Below are positions 48,122 through 56,220 of a stretch of 64,000 nt of DNA, one piece after another. The stretch spans positions 8,036 through 72,035 of the forward strand of contig JAILPA010000026.1 of the NCBI GenBank assembly GCA_024690505.1, in the 5' to 3' direction. A program made the translations under genes and the position numbers. The notes beneath the pieces were generated by a model. It was not told where the DNA came from. It made no database searches and saw only the letters and a program-made list of their open reading frames with translations. This DNA comes from Prevotella sp. (GTDB taxonomy: Bacteria > Bacteroidota > Bacteroidia > Bacteroidales > Bacteroidaceae). Within the stretch, counting starts at the first letter, position 1. The number at the start of each line of letters is the position of its first letter.

Positions 48122-49756
48122 TCAGGGCAAAGAGTCCTCTTGAACTTGGTCGGATACGAGAATGATGGTGCAGTCGATACCACTTTCCGAATCTCTAATC
48201 TTCACCTCGTAGGTAAACGTCTTACCTTGTATATTAACGGTACGTGTGTACTCACCTACGCTCACCTCTTTGTGCGTCTGCTTGATTCGCGCGTATAATG
48301 TTTTGATAAAGGTGACGTCGTCAATGCTGTTATCTAAATCTATGCTACCATTGATAATGCTGAACGGCCCTGTGCTCCATGACCATCCGTCGCTTACCAC
48401 CTTATCAGTAGTAAACCATCCGTCGTTCACTTTTTCTATGTGTGTCTTCTCCTCGGCCATGTTGCTAAAGAACTGTATATGGGTGGAAACCTCCATCTTG
48501 CCGTCGAGCGTTTCGTCGCGGACAATGTTGTTGGCGTAGTGGAAACGGTCAATGTCTAGTTTCATCTCATCGGCCAACTGCTTGGCGGTGACGGGCTTTT
48601 CATAGCTTTCTATCCATTCGGCCGTGCACTGCACCAGATGTTCTATGTCAACGTAGTCAGCCCAAAAGTCGTGACCGATGCCGCCCAACTTGATGAAGGA
48701 TGTCACCTCCTTGTTCTCGCTGTTCATGAGCATCCATGTTTTGCCGTTGCTTATCAGGAAGTTGTCGCCAAGTGCCTGCTGGAAGCAGTCAGTGAAGTCG
48801 AAATCAACGAGCGTTTCGTCCTTGGCATTTACCACCCCCCATTTATCGCCTTTCTTGGCAGCAAACTCTCCACGTCCCAGATTGTGCATATCCTCGTAGC
48901 GGCCACGAATCTGTAGCTCACCTTTGTCATCTACAACGCCCATCTTACCTGAGGCATCGGTAAACACGAGAAAACCATCCTTATAATACGCATCTTGGTT
49001 GTTGTAACTCGGTGCCTTGTGGATATCAAACATCTTCTCGCCTTTCTCATTCAGAATGCTGATGGAACCTGATGGGTTGTCGGTTGGTCCGACAACGATT
49101 TTCCCGTCTGAAACAGAATACAGTACATACTTCTCTGTGCTAAACTCACCTTGTTTCTCTCCTTTTATGTTAATAATTTCCCAGATCTTATCATCTTCTT
49201 GCTTCCTGCCTATCACTAGTCCTTTAGACACGCCTCTTATGTCTGTGTAGGCAGGTTTCAATACCATTTTACCATCTTGATCGATAACGCCATACAGGTC
49301 GTTGGCATTTAGAACGACGGCATAGCCATTGTAATACTCAAAACAGCGTTTGATATCTTTGCTCAACGTTGCCACAACATGACCTTCGGTATCAATGACA
49401 CGGATGGGGGTGTTGGGACTCCCGACGACAGCCCGATTGCCAGAGAAGTTGGTAGCCTGTGTGAACTCCTCGTCTATGAGCGGCTTCTTGGGCTGGCTGA
49501 TGATGAACAGTTGGTACTTATCACCACTCTTCACCCAAAAAGCGCCTTCGTCCGAAACGTCCGATATTTCCGTATCGGCAGGATATTCTTCTTTTACCAC
49601 TTCATTGCCGTCCTTATCAATGATGCTCCAGTCGGCATTCTTGTTCATCTGTACTGCCAGATAGCTGAGACGGTGACTTCCTTCATCTTGTCCTCCACAA
49701 CCGCACAACGATACAATTACAAATAAAAATGCAAGCGTCTCTATTAAATTTCTCAT
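48122..49756 (-). CDS. WG (KWG)-repeat lipoprotein
   Basis: Lipobox LCGC; repeats WSIIDKDG, YGVIDQDGK, MGVVDDKGE, WGVVNAKDE. Confidence 0.8.
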   Translation of the reverse strand: MRNLIETLAFLFVIVSLCGCGGQDEGSHRLSYLAVQMNKNADWSIIDKDGNEVVKEEYPADTEISDVSDEGAFWVKSGDKYQLFIISQPKKPLIDEEFTQATNFSGNRAVVGSPNTPIRVIDTEGHVVATLSKDIKRCFEYYNGYAVVLNANDLYGVIDQDGKMVLKPAYTDIRGVSKGLVIGRKQEDDKIWEIINIKGEKQGEFSTEKYVLYSVSDGKIVVGPTDNPSGSISILNEKGEKMFDIHKAPSYNNQDAYYKDGFLVFTDASGKMGVVDDKGELQIRGRYEDMHNLGRGEFAAKKGDKWGVVNAKDETLVDFDFTDCFQQALGDNFLISNGKTWMLMNSENKEVTSFIKLGGIGHDFWADYVDIEHLVQCTAEWIESYEKPVTAKQLADEMKLDIDRFHYANNIVRDETLDGKMEVSTHIQFFSNMAEEKTHIEKVNDGWFTTDKVVSDGWSWSTGPFSIINGSIDLDNSIDDVTFIKTLYARIKQTHKEVSVGEYTRTVNIQGKTFTYEVKIRDSESGIDCTIILVSDQVQEDSLP

Positions 49757-49782
49757 ATCTTTATCTCGATAATAATAATTAT

Positions 49783-51531
49783 TTATTGATATACAATTGG
49801 TTCACCTTGCTTTATCTTAATATATTGCGCATGCTCTACTAAAAAATGACAAGGCTGTTCTTGTTCACTTTTTGTAAGGTTCTTTATAGATTTTTTTTCA
49901 GAGATTTCCCCATCGGTATTCACGGTCAGAAGCCACGCCTCTTCTTTTCCCCATGTGCCAGTAAATGCCCAGTATTTGCCTGCAGGCATGGGTTGTCCAA
50001 TTCTTTTTCTTGCTTCAGCATAAATTTTGAGATGAGAAGTTAGATATTGCAAAAGCAGTGCGTCACGCCATATAAAGGTTCTTTGTTTACTTTTTAGTTC
50101 CTTTTTTATTTCATTCGCATTATATTCCTTAATTTCCATGTCTATAGTTTTCAAAACAAGTTTTGAGCTGGATGTTTCTGTAAAGCTGCTTATTACAACT
50201 TTTTGGTTGCAAATTTCACCAGCTTCAAGAGGAATACTTTTCAGGTGTATGTGCTGTTCTTCCCAAATGCCATGCATTCCTGTGTCTACAGCCTTTTGTG
50301 CCCACTCTCTGCTTTTTATGATGTCCTTTTGCACACCGGCCCCAATCTCATAGATTTTACTGACCATCCACATGGCAGAAGGAGAACCGGCCTCAGCCTG
50401 ACGTAACCATTCCCTAAATATATCAGCATCTTGGGCAGCAACATATTCCTTGAACAAACTTCTGAGCGATTCTTCGTCCAAATTTTGTCCTATGTTTTTT
50501 ATTGTATTTATTGATTGTCTTTTTGCAGCAGATTTTACTCTCTTATAGGCAGCAGAAATTTCCGAATCGCTTAGTGCCCATTCATTGATTGACGAGTTAC
50601 TGTCTATTAATTTAACTGCTGATTCCTCGTCTTTCTGGCATCCCTTGCCTTCAATATAGCATTTTATAAGCTCTTTGAAACATTTCTCTCTCTCTCTCTC
50701 GAAATCGACTCTACAATATATCCATTTATTTACTTTTTTAGAGAAATATGGATCCTTAATCTTATATCTTTTCTTGTTTTTAAGCAGAAGAAAGTACATC
50801 TCGGCGTTATGCTCCTTGTAATAATTTATCAAATCTAAATAAAAAAATTCCCCCACATAGTATTCGTACGTTCTTCCATCTGTACACTCTTCCAGCATTG
50901 TTGCATAAGCCAAAGCCTTGGCCGAATCCTGTTTTGTTCCTAATCCACCATGACATAGCTTTGAAAGCCGTGCGAGGCATTTCATTCTATATTCAGGATA
51001 ATTATTATCCAAAGGAACCTCAGTTGCCAATTTTGAAATAGCAAAAGCTAAACGTTCATTTGCTGGGAGGTAGTAATCTCCCTTCAAGGCTTTTTCAGCT
51101 AACTCGTTTAGTAAAGCAACATCCATATTTGCAGCGTAAGAAGTGTCTTTCTTTGTGCCAATCCCTTCAAATGTCATCCATGCAGTGAGTATTTTTGCGT
51201 TCTTAACAGCCACGTCTTTGTCTGAGGGGATATCTTCTAATTCTGATTTTGGTGTGGGTCTTTGTGGAAGCGGATGGTCGGCAGCAAGACTCGCATATTT
51301 GAATGCCTGTTGCAGGCTTCGTACAACTCCCTTCCCCTCTAAAAACAGCGTGGCTGCCAAATATTGAGCCTCGGCATTGCCGCCATCGGCCAGTGGGCGC
51401 AGTTTAAGGGCAGCTTGCTTGTATTGTCCCTGCTCAATCATCTGTTCAATCTGGCTAATGTCCTGTGCTTTGGCTGTAATGGCGCAGGCGAACGAGGCAA
51501 CTAATGCCACCATAAATTTTGTTGCTTTCAT
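49783..51531 (-). CDS. Secreted Sel1/TPR-repeat protein
   Basis: Start MKATKF (signal peptide); Sel1 repeats ADGGNAEAQYLAA.LFLEGKGV, GIGTKKD, GLGTKQD, GKGCQKD, AEAGSPSAMW..YEIGAGVQKD. Confidence 0.85.
   Translation of the reverse strand: MKATKFMVALVASFACAITAKAQDISQIEQMIEQGQYKQAALKLRPLADGGNAEAQYLAATLFLEGKGVVRSLQQAFKYASLAADHPLPQRPTPKSELEDIPSDKDVAVKNAKILTAWMTFEGIGTKKDTSYAANMDVALLNELAEKALKGDYYLPANERLAFAISKLATEVPLDNNYPEYRMKCLARLSKLCHGGLGTKQDSAKALAYATMLEECTDGRTYEYYVGEFFYLDLINYYKEHNAEMYFLLLKNKKRYKIKDPYFSKKVNKWIYCRVDFEREREKCFKELIKCYIEGKGCQKDEESAVKLIDSNSSINEWALSDSEISAAYKRVKSAAKRQSINTIKNIGQNLDEESLRSLFKEYVAAQDADIFREWLRQAEAGSPSAMWMVSKIYEIGAGVQKDIIKSREWAQKAVDTGMHGIWEEQHIHLKSIPLEAGEICNQKVVISSFTETSSSKLVLKTIDMEIKEYNANEIKKELKSKQRTFIWRDALLLQYLTSHLKIYAEARKRIGQPMPAGKYWAFTGTWGKEEAWLLTVNTDGEISEKKSIKNLTKSEQEQPCHFLVEHAQYIKIKQGEPIVYQ
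50685..50700. repeat. (TC)8 microsatellite inside the Sel1 gene
   Basis: Read directly; encodes EREREK on the coding strand. Confidence 0.9.
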
Positions 51532-51813
51532 ATTTTTCTGATTCAATTCCCTGCTTCCTGAACTCCCGAATTCAGCGGTCATTTCTTGTTTTGTTAGTGG
51601 TAACAAGAAGGCATGGGGGTTTCTAACTTCTCGCTCATCCCTGTTCTCAGACCTTCGCATAGATGAGTCCTAAGTTGCGAAGTTAGAGAATACAGAATGA
51701 TAACGTCCGTATACGCCTTCCCCTTCGGCCTGCCCTACAAATGGCATCGTCGGTCTCAGGATTCCATCGATGTCTTGACTCGCCCTGTCGCAAGCGGTTA
51801 GTATAGTCGTTGG

Positions 51814-51821
51814 CAAAGATA
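51814..51821 (-). promoter_or_regulatory. Sigma-A -7 element driving the islet transcript
   Basis: TATCTTTG on the minus strand, ~280 nt upstream of the Sel1 start. Confidence 0.6.
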
Positions 51822-51913
51822 AACAAAAATCTCCGAACCGCCAAGCGATTCGGAGAAAAATGTATTGGGGTAGTCCTGTTCTGAGGAGAGGGACTACATT
51901 GGGTAAATGTAAT

Positions 51914-53938
51914 TTATCCGTTCATCGACATCAGGAACTCGGCATTGTCCTTGCTGCGTACCAGTCGGTCGTAGACGGTGTTCATGGCTTCAATGGGGTT
52001 CATTTCGGCAATAAACTTGCGGATAATCCACATGCGGTTCAGGGTGGTCTGATCCTGCAGCAGGTCATCGCGGCGCGTTGAGCTCTGCACCAAGTTCAGC
52101 GATGGGAAGATGCGCTTGTTCGACAGCATACGGTCGAGCTGTATCTCCGAGTTTCCTGTACCCTTGAACTCCTCGAATATCACCTCGTCCATTTTCGAGC
52201 CCGTATCCACAAGCGCAGTGGCGATGATGGTTAGCGAGCCGCCGCCCTCTATCTTACGGGCAGCTCCGAAGAAGCGCTTGGGTTTCTGCAAGGCGTTGGC
52301 ATCGACACCGCCAGTGAGCACTTTGCCGCTGGCTGGCGACACGGTGTTGTATGCGCGGGCCAGACGGGTGATGCTGTCGAGGAAGATTACCACGTCGTGG
52401 CCACATTCCACCATTCGCTTTGCTTTTTCCAGCACGATGCCGGCAATCTTCACGTGGCGGTCGGCAGGTTCATCGAAGGTCGATGCTATCACCTCGGCAT
52501 TCACCGTGCGGCTCATGTCGGTCACCTCCTCTGGGCGCTCGTCGATGAGCAGCATCATAATGTAAGCCTCGGGGTGGTTGGCGGCAATGGCGTTGGCAAT
52601 GTCCTTCATCAGAATGGTTTTACCAGTCTTGGGCTGTGCCACTATTAGTGCACGCTGACCCTTGCCTATGGGGGCGAAGAGGTCTACGATGCGTGTGGAG
52701 GGGTTTGTGGTCTGCGGGTCGCCGCAAAGCATGAACTTCTCTTCGGGGAAGAGGGGTGTCAGGTGCTCGAACGAGACGCGGTCGCGCACCTCCTGGGGGT
52801 TGCGTCCATTGATGCTGTTCACGTTAGACAAGGCAAAATACTTCTCGCCATCGTGGGGTGGGCGCACGGTGCACTCCACCACGTCACCCGTCTTCAGCGA
52901 ATACTTCTTAATTTGCTGCGTCGACACAAAAATGTCGTCGGGTGACGACAAGTAGTTATAGTCGCTCGAACGCAGGAATCCGTAGCCGTCTTGCAATATC
53001 TCGAGCACGCCGTTGCCAGTGATGATGTCGCCAAAATCGTAGCGGGCATTGTTGCTGGTTGCTGGCGCAGGTGCTACGGGCTGGTATACGGGTTCGGTCT
53101 GTTTGGAAACGGGGCGGTCGAAGATGTCGAGCGTGGGCAGGGCTCCCTGATCTTCAATGGGCAGGTCTACCACGGTGATGAAGTCGGTGCCGTCACCTGG
53201 GTCGCCTTCCCATACCCCGTCGGGTGCCTGTCCCATTGTCTCTGCCTGGTCGGCCTGCCGGTGAGCCATGCGCTCCTGCAGTCTCTCCAGCATGTTGGTG
53301 TCGGGAGCCTCGTCGTCGTTGGCCAACTGTTCGTTGGCTTCGGGTATCAGCAGGTTGTCGGAACTGTCTTGGGCAACGTTGTCCGTCTGTCCGTCTTGTC
53401 CGTCTTGCGATGCCTGCTCTGCCGCAACTTTCGCTGCTGCCTCTGCTGCTGCAATGGCTGCCAGCTCAGCCTTCGATTTTCGACCGCGACGCTTAGCGGG
53501 TGCGGGTGTCTGCGTGGTGGCGTCAGCGTTCTCGGCTGTCATCGTCATGCTGCTAACTTCGTCAGTAGCCTGTTCTACTGTTTGTGCAACCTCCTCAGGT
53601 GCAGCCTCTTTCTTTTTCTTGCGGCCTTTGGTGGGGGCGGGCTCGTCTTTGAAGAGCGACGGTGTCTCAATGACAGGGCGCTGATTCTTCTTGTCCATAT
53701 TCTCGCCATCCTTGCCGTTCACGGTGTAGACTCGGTCGGTGTCTTTTTTCGCTATGCGGGTGCGCTTGCGCTTCGGAGCTTCTGCCTGTTCATTGGCAGC
53801 ACTCTCGGCGGCCCGGTCTAGAATGTCGTAGATGACGTTCTCCAACTGGTCATTCTGATTCACCTTCAGCCCCAGCTCATGGGCAATGCTCATCAGCTGG
53901 GTTATGTCCATCTGTTCTAACTGTTCTTTAGTGTACAT
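51914..53938 (-). CDS. rho: Transcription termination factor Rho with long N-terminal disordered extension
   Basis: Start MYTKEQ; [57 protein letters not shown]. Confidence 0.97.
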   Translation of the reverse strand: MYTKEQLEQMDITQLMSIAHELGLKVNQNDQLENVIYDILDRAAESAANEQAEAPKRKRTRIAKKDTDRVYTVNGKDGENMDKKNQRPVIETPSLFKDEPAPTKGRKKKKEAAPEEVAQTVEQATDEVSSMTMTAENADATTQTPAPAKRRGRKSKAELAAIAAAEAAAKVAAEQASQDGQDGQTDNVAQDSSDNLLIPEANEQLANDDEAPDTNMLERLQERMAHRQADQAETMGQAPDGVWEGDPGDGTDFITVVDLPIEDQGALPTLDIFDRPVSKQTEPVYQPVAPAPATSNNARYDFGDIITGNGVLEILQDGYGFLRSSDYNYLSSPDDIFVSTQQIKKYSLKTGDVVECTVRPPHDGEKYFALSNVNSINGRNPQEVRDRVSFEHLTPLFPEEKFMLCGDPQTTNPSTRIVDLFAPIGKGQRALIVAQPKTGKTILMKDIANAIAANHPEAYIMMLLIDERPEEVTDMSRTVNAEVIASTFDEPADRHVKIAGIVLEKAKRMVECGHDVVIFLDSITRLARAYNTVSPASGKVLTGGVDANALQKPKRFFGAARKIEGGGSLTIIATALVDTGSKMDEVIFEEFKGTGNSEIQLDRMLSNKRIFPSLNLVQSSTRRDDLLQDQTTLNRMWIIRKFIAEMNPIEAMNTVYDRLVRSKDNAEFLMSMNG

Positions 53939-54139
53939 TTCAATGCGGGGATTACGGCTTGGAGGCCGTTGGTTTGTCAATAATAATCTGAGTGATACGT
54001 TTCGCGAACGGAAACGCTTTTCTTGAAATCGGCTGCAAAGGTACTATTTTTTTTCTAATTCACGTATTTTCACCCATGGAAATCTTTCTGCTTTTAGAAT
54101 AATTAACGTCAATGGGGTCGTAAGTGCAAGCATGTTCAC

Positions 54140-54386
54140 AAGGGATCGTTCTTTGCAAGACAGTGGCGGATTATGAATTTTCTTTATATGGATAATATTG
54201 TAAAAAGGGAAGTGCCGCTTTGAATGTGGGAAAGTACCGCTTTTTGACCCTCAAAGCTGTCCTTTTTGACCCTCAAAGCTGTGCTTTTTCAAAATTCCCG
54301 TCGCACGGCTCTTTGCGCGTATTAGAATTTTTCTGACATTTTTTTGTCCCAATCAAGCTATTGCGATATTTAGCGGGCAGCAATAA
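54140..54386 (+). mobile_element. Copy E of the MITE-like element
   Basis: GGATTATGAATTTTCTTTA...GAAGTGCCGCTTTGA...AAAGCTGTCCTTTTTGACCCTCAAAGC...CCCAATCAAGCTATTGCGATATTTAGCGGGCAGCAATA. Confidence 0.75.
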
Positions 54387-54490
54387 TTGCTAATATCATG
54401 TCGGCTAAGAGTGGATATTAAGATGGGGCAAGTTGTCAGGGGAAAGGTGACGAGCCGTTGGTGTTATGCTCACAGGAAAGCCATGGGTAC

Positions 54491-54522
54491 AAAAAAAGCC
54501 TGAGGGTGTAAATCCTCAGGCC
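54491..54522 (-). terminator. Intrinsic terminator after the small lipoprotein gene
   Basis: GCCTGAGG...CCTCAGGC stem with a U7 tail on the minus strand. Confidence 0.75.
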
Positions 54523-54555
54523 TGTGGTTTTATGACTAATGGTTAGTATGACGGC

Positions 54556-54981
54556 TTACTCGTCGTCGTCATCATCGTCGTCATCGTCGTCTTTCTTGTT
54601 CTTTTTGAGGGCCTTCTTCCTAGCTTTCTGTACTTCTTTGTTCAAGTCCTCAAAGTCGTCGTCTTTCTCAAGGTTTTTTATGGCTTTCTTAAAGGCTTTC
54701 TCAGCTTTTTCTTTCTTTGTGGCTTTAGAAATGGCTTTGTTCAGCTTTCCTTCAAGTTTATCCCATTCCTTAATTTCCTTCTTGTCGGGTTCCGACTCCC
54801 AGAATGTGAGTGCCAATTCGTTCATGTCCTTAAAGCAGTTCTCCCAGTCTTCTGTACTCCAGTCTTTGCCGTTCTCCTCGATGTCATCAATGATGCCTTC
54901 CATCTTGGCGATAGGGTCGCCGCAGGAAACGAACAGGAAACACACGATGAGTGCGCTTAAACTATAAAACAGTTTCTTCAT
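54556..54981 (-). CDS. Hypothetical helical lipoprotein with Lys-rich then poly-Asp tail
   Basis: Lipobox FVSC, own promoter (TACCTTTG on the minus strand near 55040) and terminator. Confidence 0.75.
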   Translation of the reverse strand: MKKLFYSLSALIVCFLFVSCGDPIAKMEGIIDDIEENGKDWSTEDWENCFKDMNELALTFWESEPDKKEIKEWDKLEGKLNKAISKATKKEKAEKAFKKAIKNLEKDDDFEDLNKEVQKARKKALKKNKKDDDDDDDDDDE

Positions 54982-55077
54982 AATTTGTTGGTTTTTGGAT
55001 TAGTAATAGTCTTCTTTGATGTAATAATTATTTGCAAAGGTAAGCAAATAATATGTTCCTGCCAAATAATTTAGAGA

Positions 55078-56208
55078 TTATTTTGTTTTTGACTTGTATT
55101 TTTCCAGCCATGCGGGGAAGGCATCGATGATGTCCTGGGGCTGTGTCCCGTACCATCCGTAGCCGTTGCGGCGCTCGTAACCAATGTATTCTAAAGAGGG
55201 TTGTGGGATGCCGTCGCGGTCGCAGACGTAGGGTTCTTCGGTCTGTAAGTCGTAGTAGCGGGCCCATACGTTTGCACCGAACTTATGAACCAGGCGGCGG
55301 TCGCGTCGGCCGTCAGCGTTGGTGAAGTATTCCACGGTCATATCCTTGATAACATGCAACTTAAGCCATTCTACGGCAGCCGTCACTGACTGAGCGATGC
55401 GCTCATCGGGATTGGGGAGCGACATGAGCAGTTGCAAGAGCGAGGCCGTCTCGTGGCTACCGGTGAATGAGGCTAGCTCGTAGGCTCTGGCACGGGCAGG
55501 CTGGAGTGTCTTCTCGTCGTGTTGCTGGCACCAAACGGTCAGTTTGCCATTCCTGCGTATCTGGCAGTTCAGTATGCATTCGATGCCGTGGTCGAAGGCC
55601 TGCTGCGTGCGCTCCCTGTCCTTGTCGCTCAGCTTCAGGGCTGCGTAGGGCTGCTCGTTGTTGGCAATTGCACGCAGCATGAGCATCACGTTGAACATGG
55701 CGTCGTCATTGAAGGTTATATGGTCGCTGTAGAACGGATGTCCCTCATCGTTGGCGGGCTTCAGTGGCCAGTACTGGGGCCAACCGCCATTAGGATATTG
55801 GGCATTGAGCAGGTAGTCGAGGCCGCGTATAAAGGCTTTGCGGTATTTCTTATTAGGCTGGGCGGCATGAACCTTGGCCAGCAGCAGCAACTCGGTGGTG
55901 GTGGCTCCATTGTCGATGGTGCTGCCAACACCGTCGGTACTGTGAATTTGTTGCCACACCTCCTGACGCTCCTTCAGCTTCGCTCCTTCAGCAGGCAGAT
56001 GCCAGTCGTGGTTTTTTGCCCATCCGCCGCTGGGGAACTGGTACTTCAAAGTGCTGTCGGCCACAGCACGGGCCTCGTCGGAAGCATACCAGACGGCATT
56101 CATGCTCCGGGCCAGGTGCTTGAAACGGGTGGGATGGTGGACTTGCGCCGTCAGTGGCAGGGAGAGTGTAGCCAGCGCCATCAGGCATAAATAGGTTAGT
56201 TTTCTCAT
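55078..56208 (-). CDS. pelA: Pectate lyase PL10 (PelA/Pel-15E family)
   Basis: SGGWAKN, STIDNGAT, AQYPNGGWPQ, ITFNDDAM, WCQQHD, ARAYEL, WARYY, ERRNGYGW. Confidence 0.93.
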   Translation of the reverse strand: MRKLTYLCLMALATLSLPLTAQVHHPTRFKHLARSMNAVWYASDEARAVADSTLKYQFPSGGWAKNHDWHLPAEGAKLKERQEVWQQIHSTDGVGSTIDNGATTTELLLLAKVHAAQPNKKYRKAFIRGLDYLLNAQYPNGGWPQYWPLKPANDEGHPFYSDHITFNDDAMFNVMLMLRAIANNEQPYAALKLSDKDRERTQQAFDHGIECILNCQIRRNGKLTVWCQQHDEKTLQPARARAYELASFTGSHETASLLQLLMSLPNPDERIAQSVTAAVEWLKLHVIKDMTVEYFTNADGRRDRRLVHKFGANVWARYYDLQTEEPYVCDRDGIPQPSLEYIGYERRNGYGWYGTQPQDIIDAFPAWLEKYKSKTK

Positions 56209-56220
56209 AGTTCTTGCGTG

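Larger units (their letters stand above)
48072..51953. mobile_element. ~3.8-kb genomic islet inserted at the rho 3' end (no integrase inside)
   Basis: Flanked by 40-bp direct repeats; cargo is visibly AT-richer than the flanks. Confidence 0.75.

Noticed and set aside
48112-51913. Prophage, integron cassette array or known defence system
   Set aside because: No integrase, phage genes, attC-like site between the two genes, or nuclease/ATPase motifs were seen.
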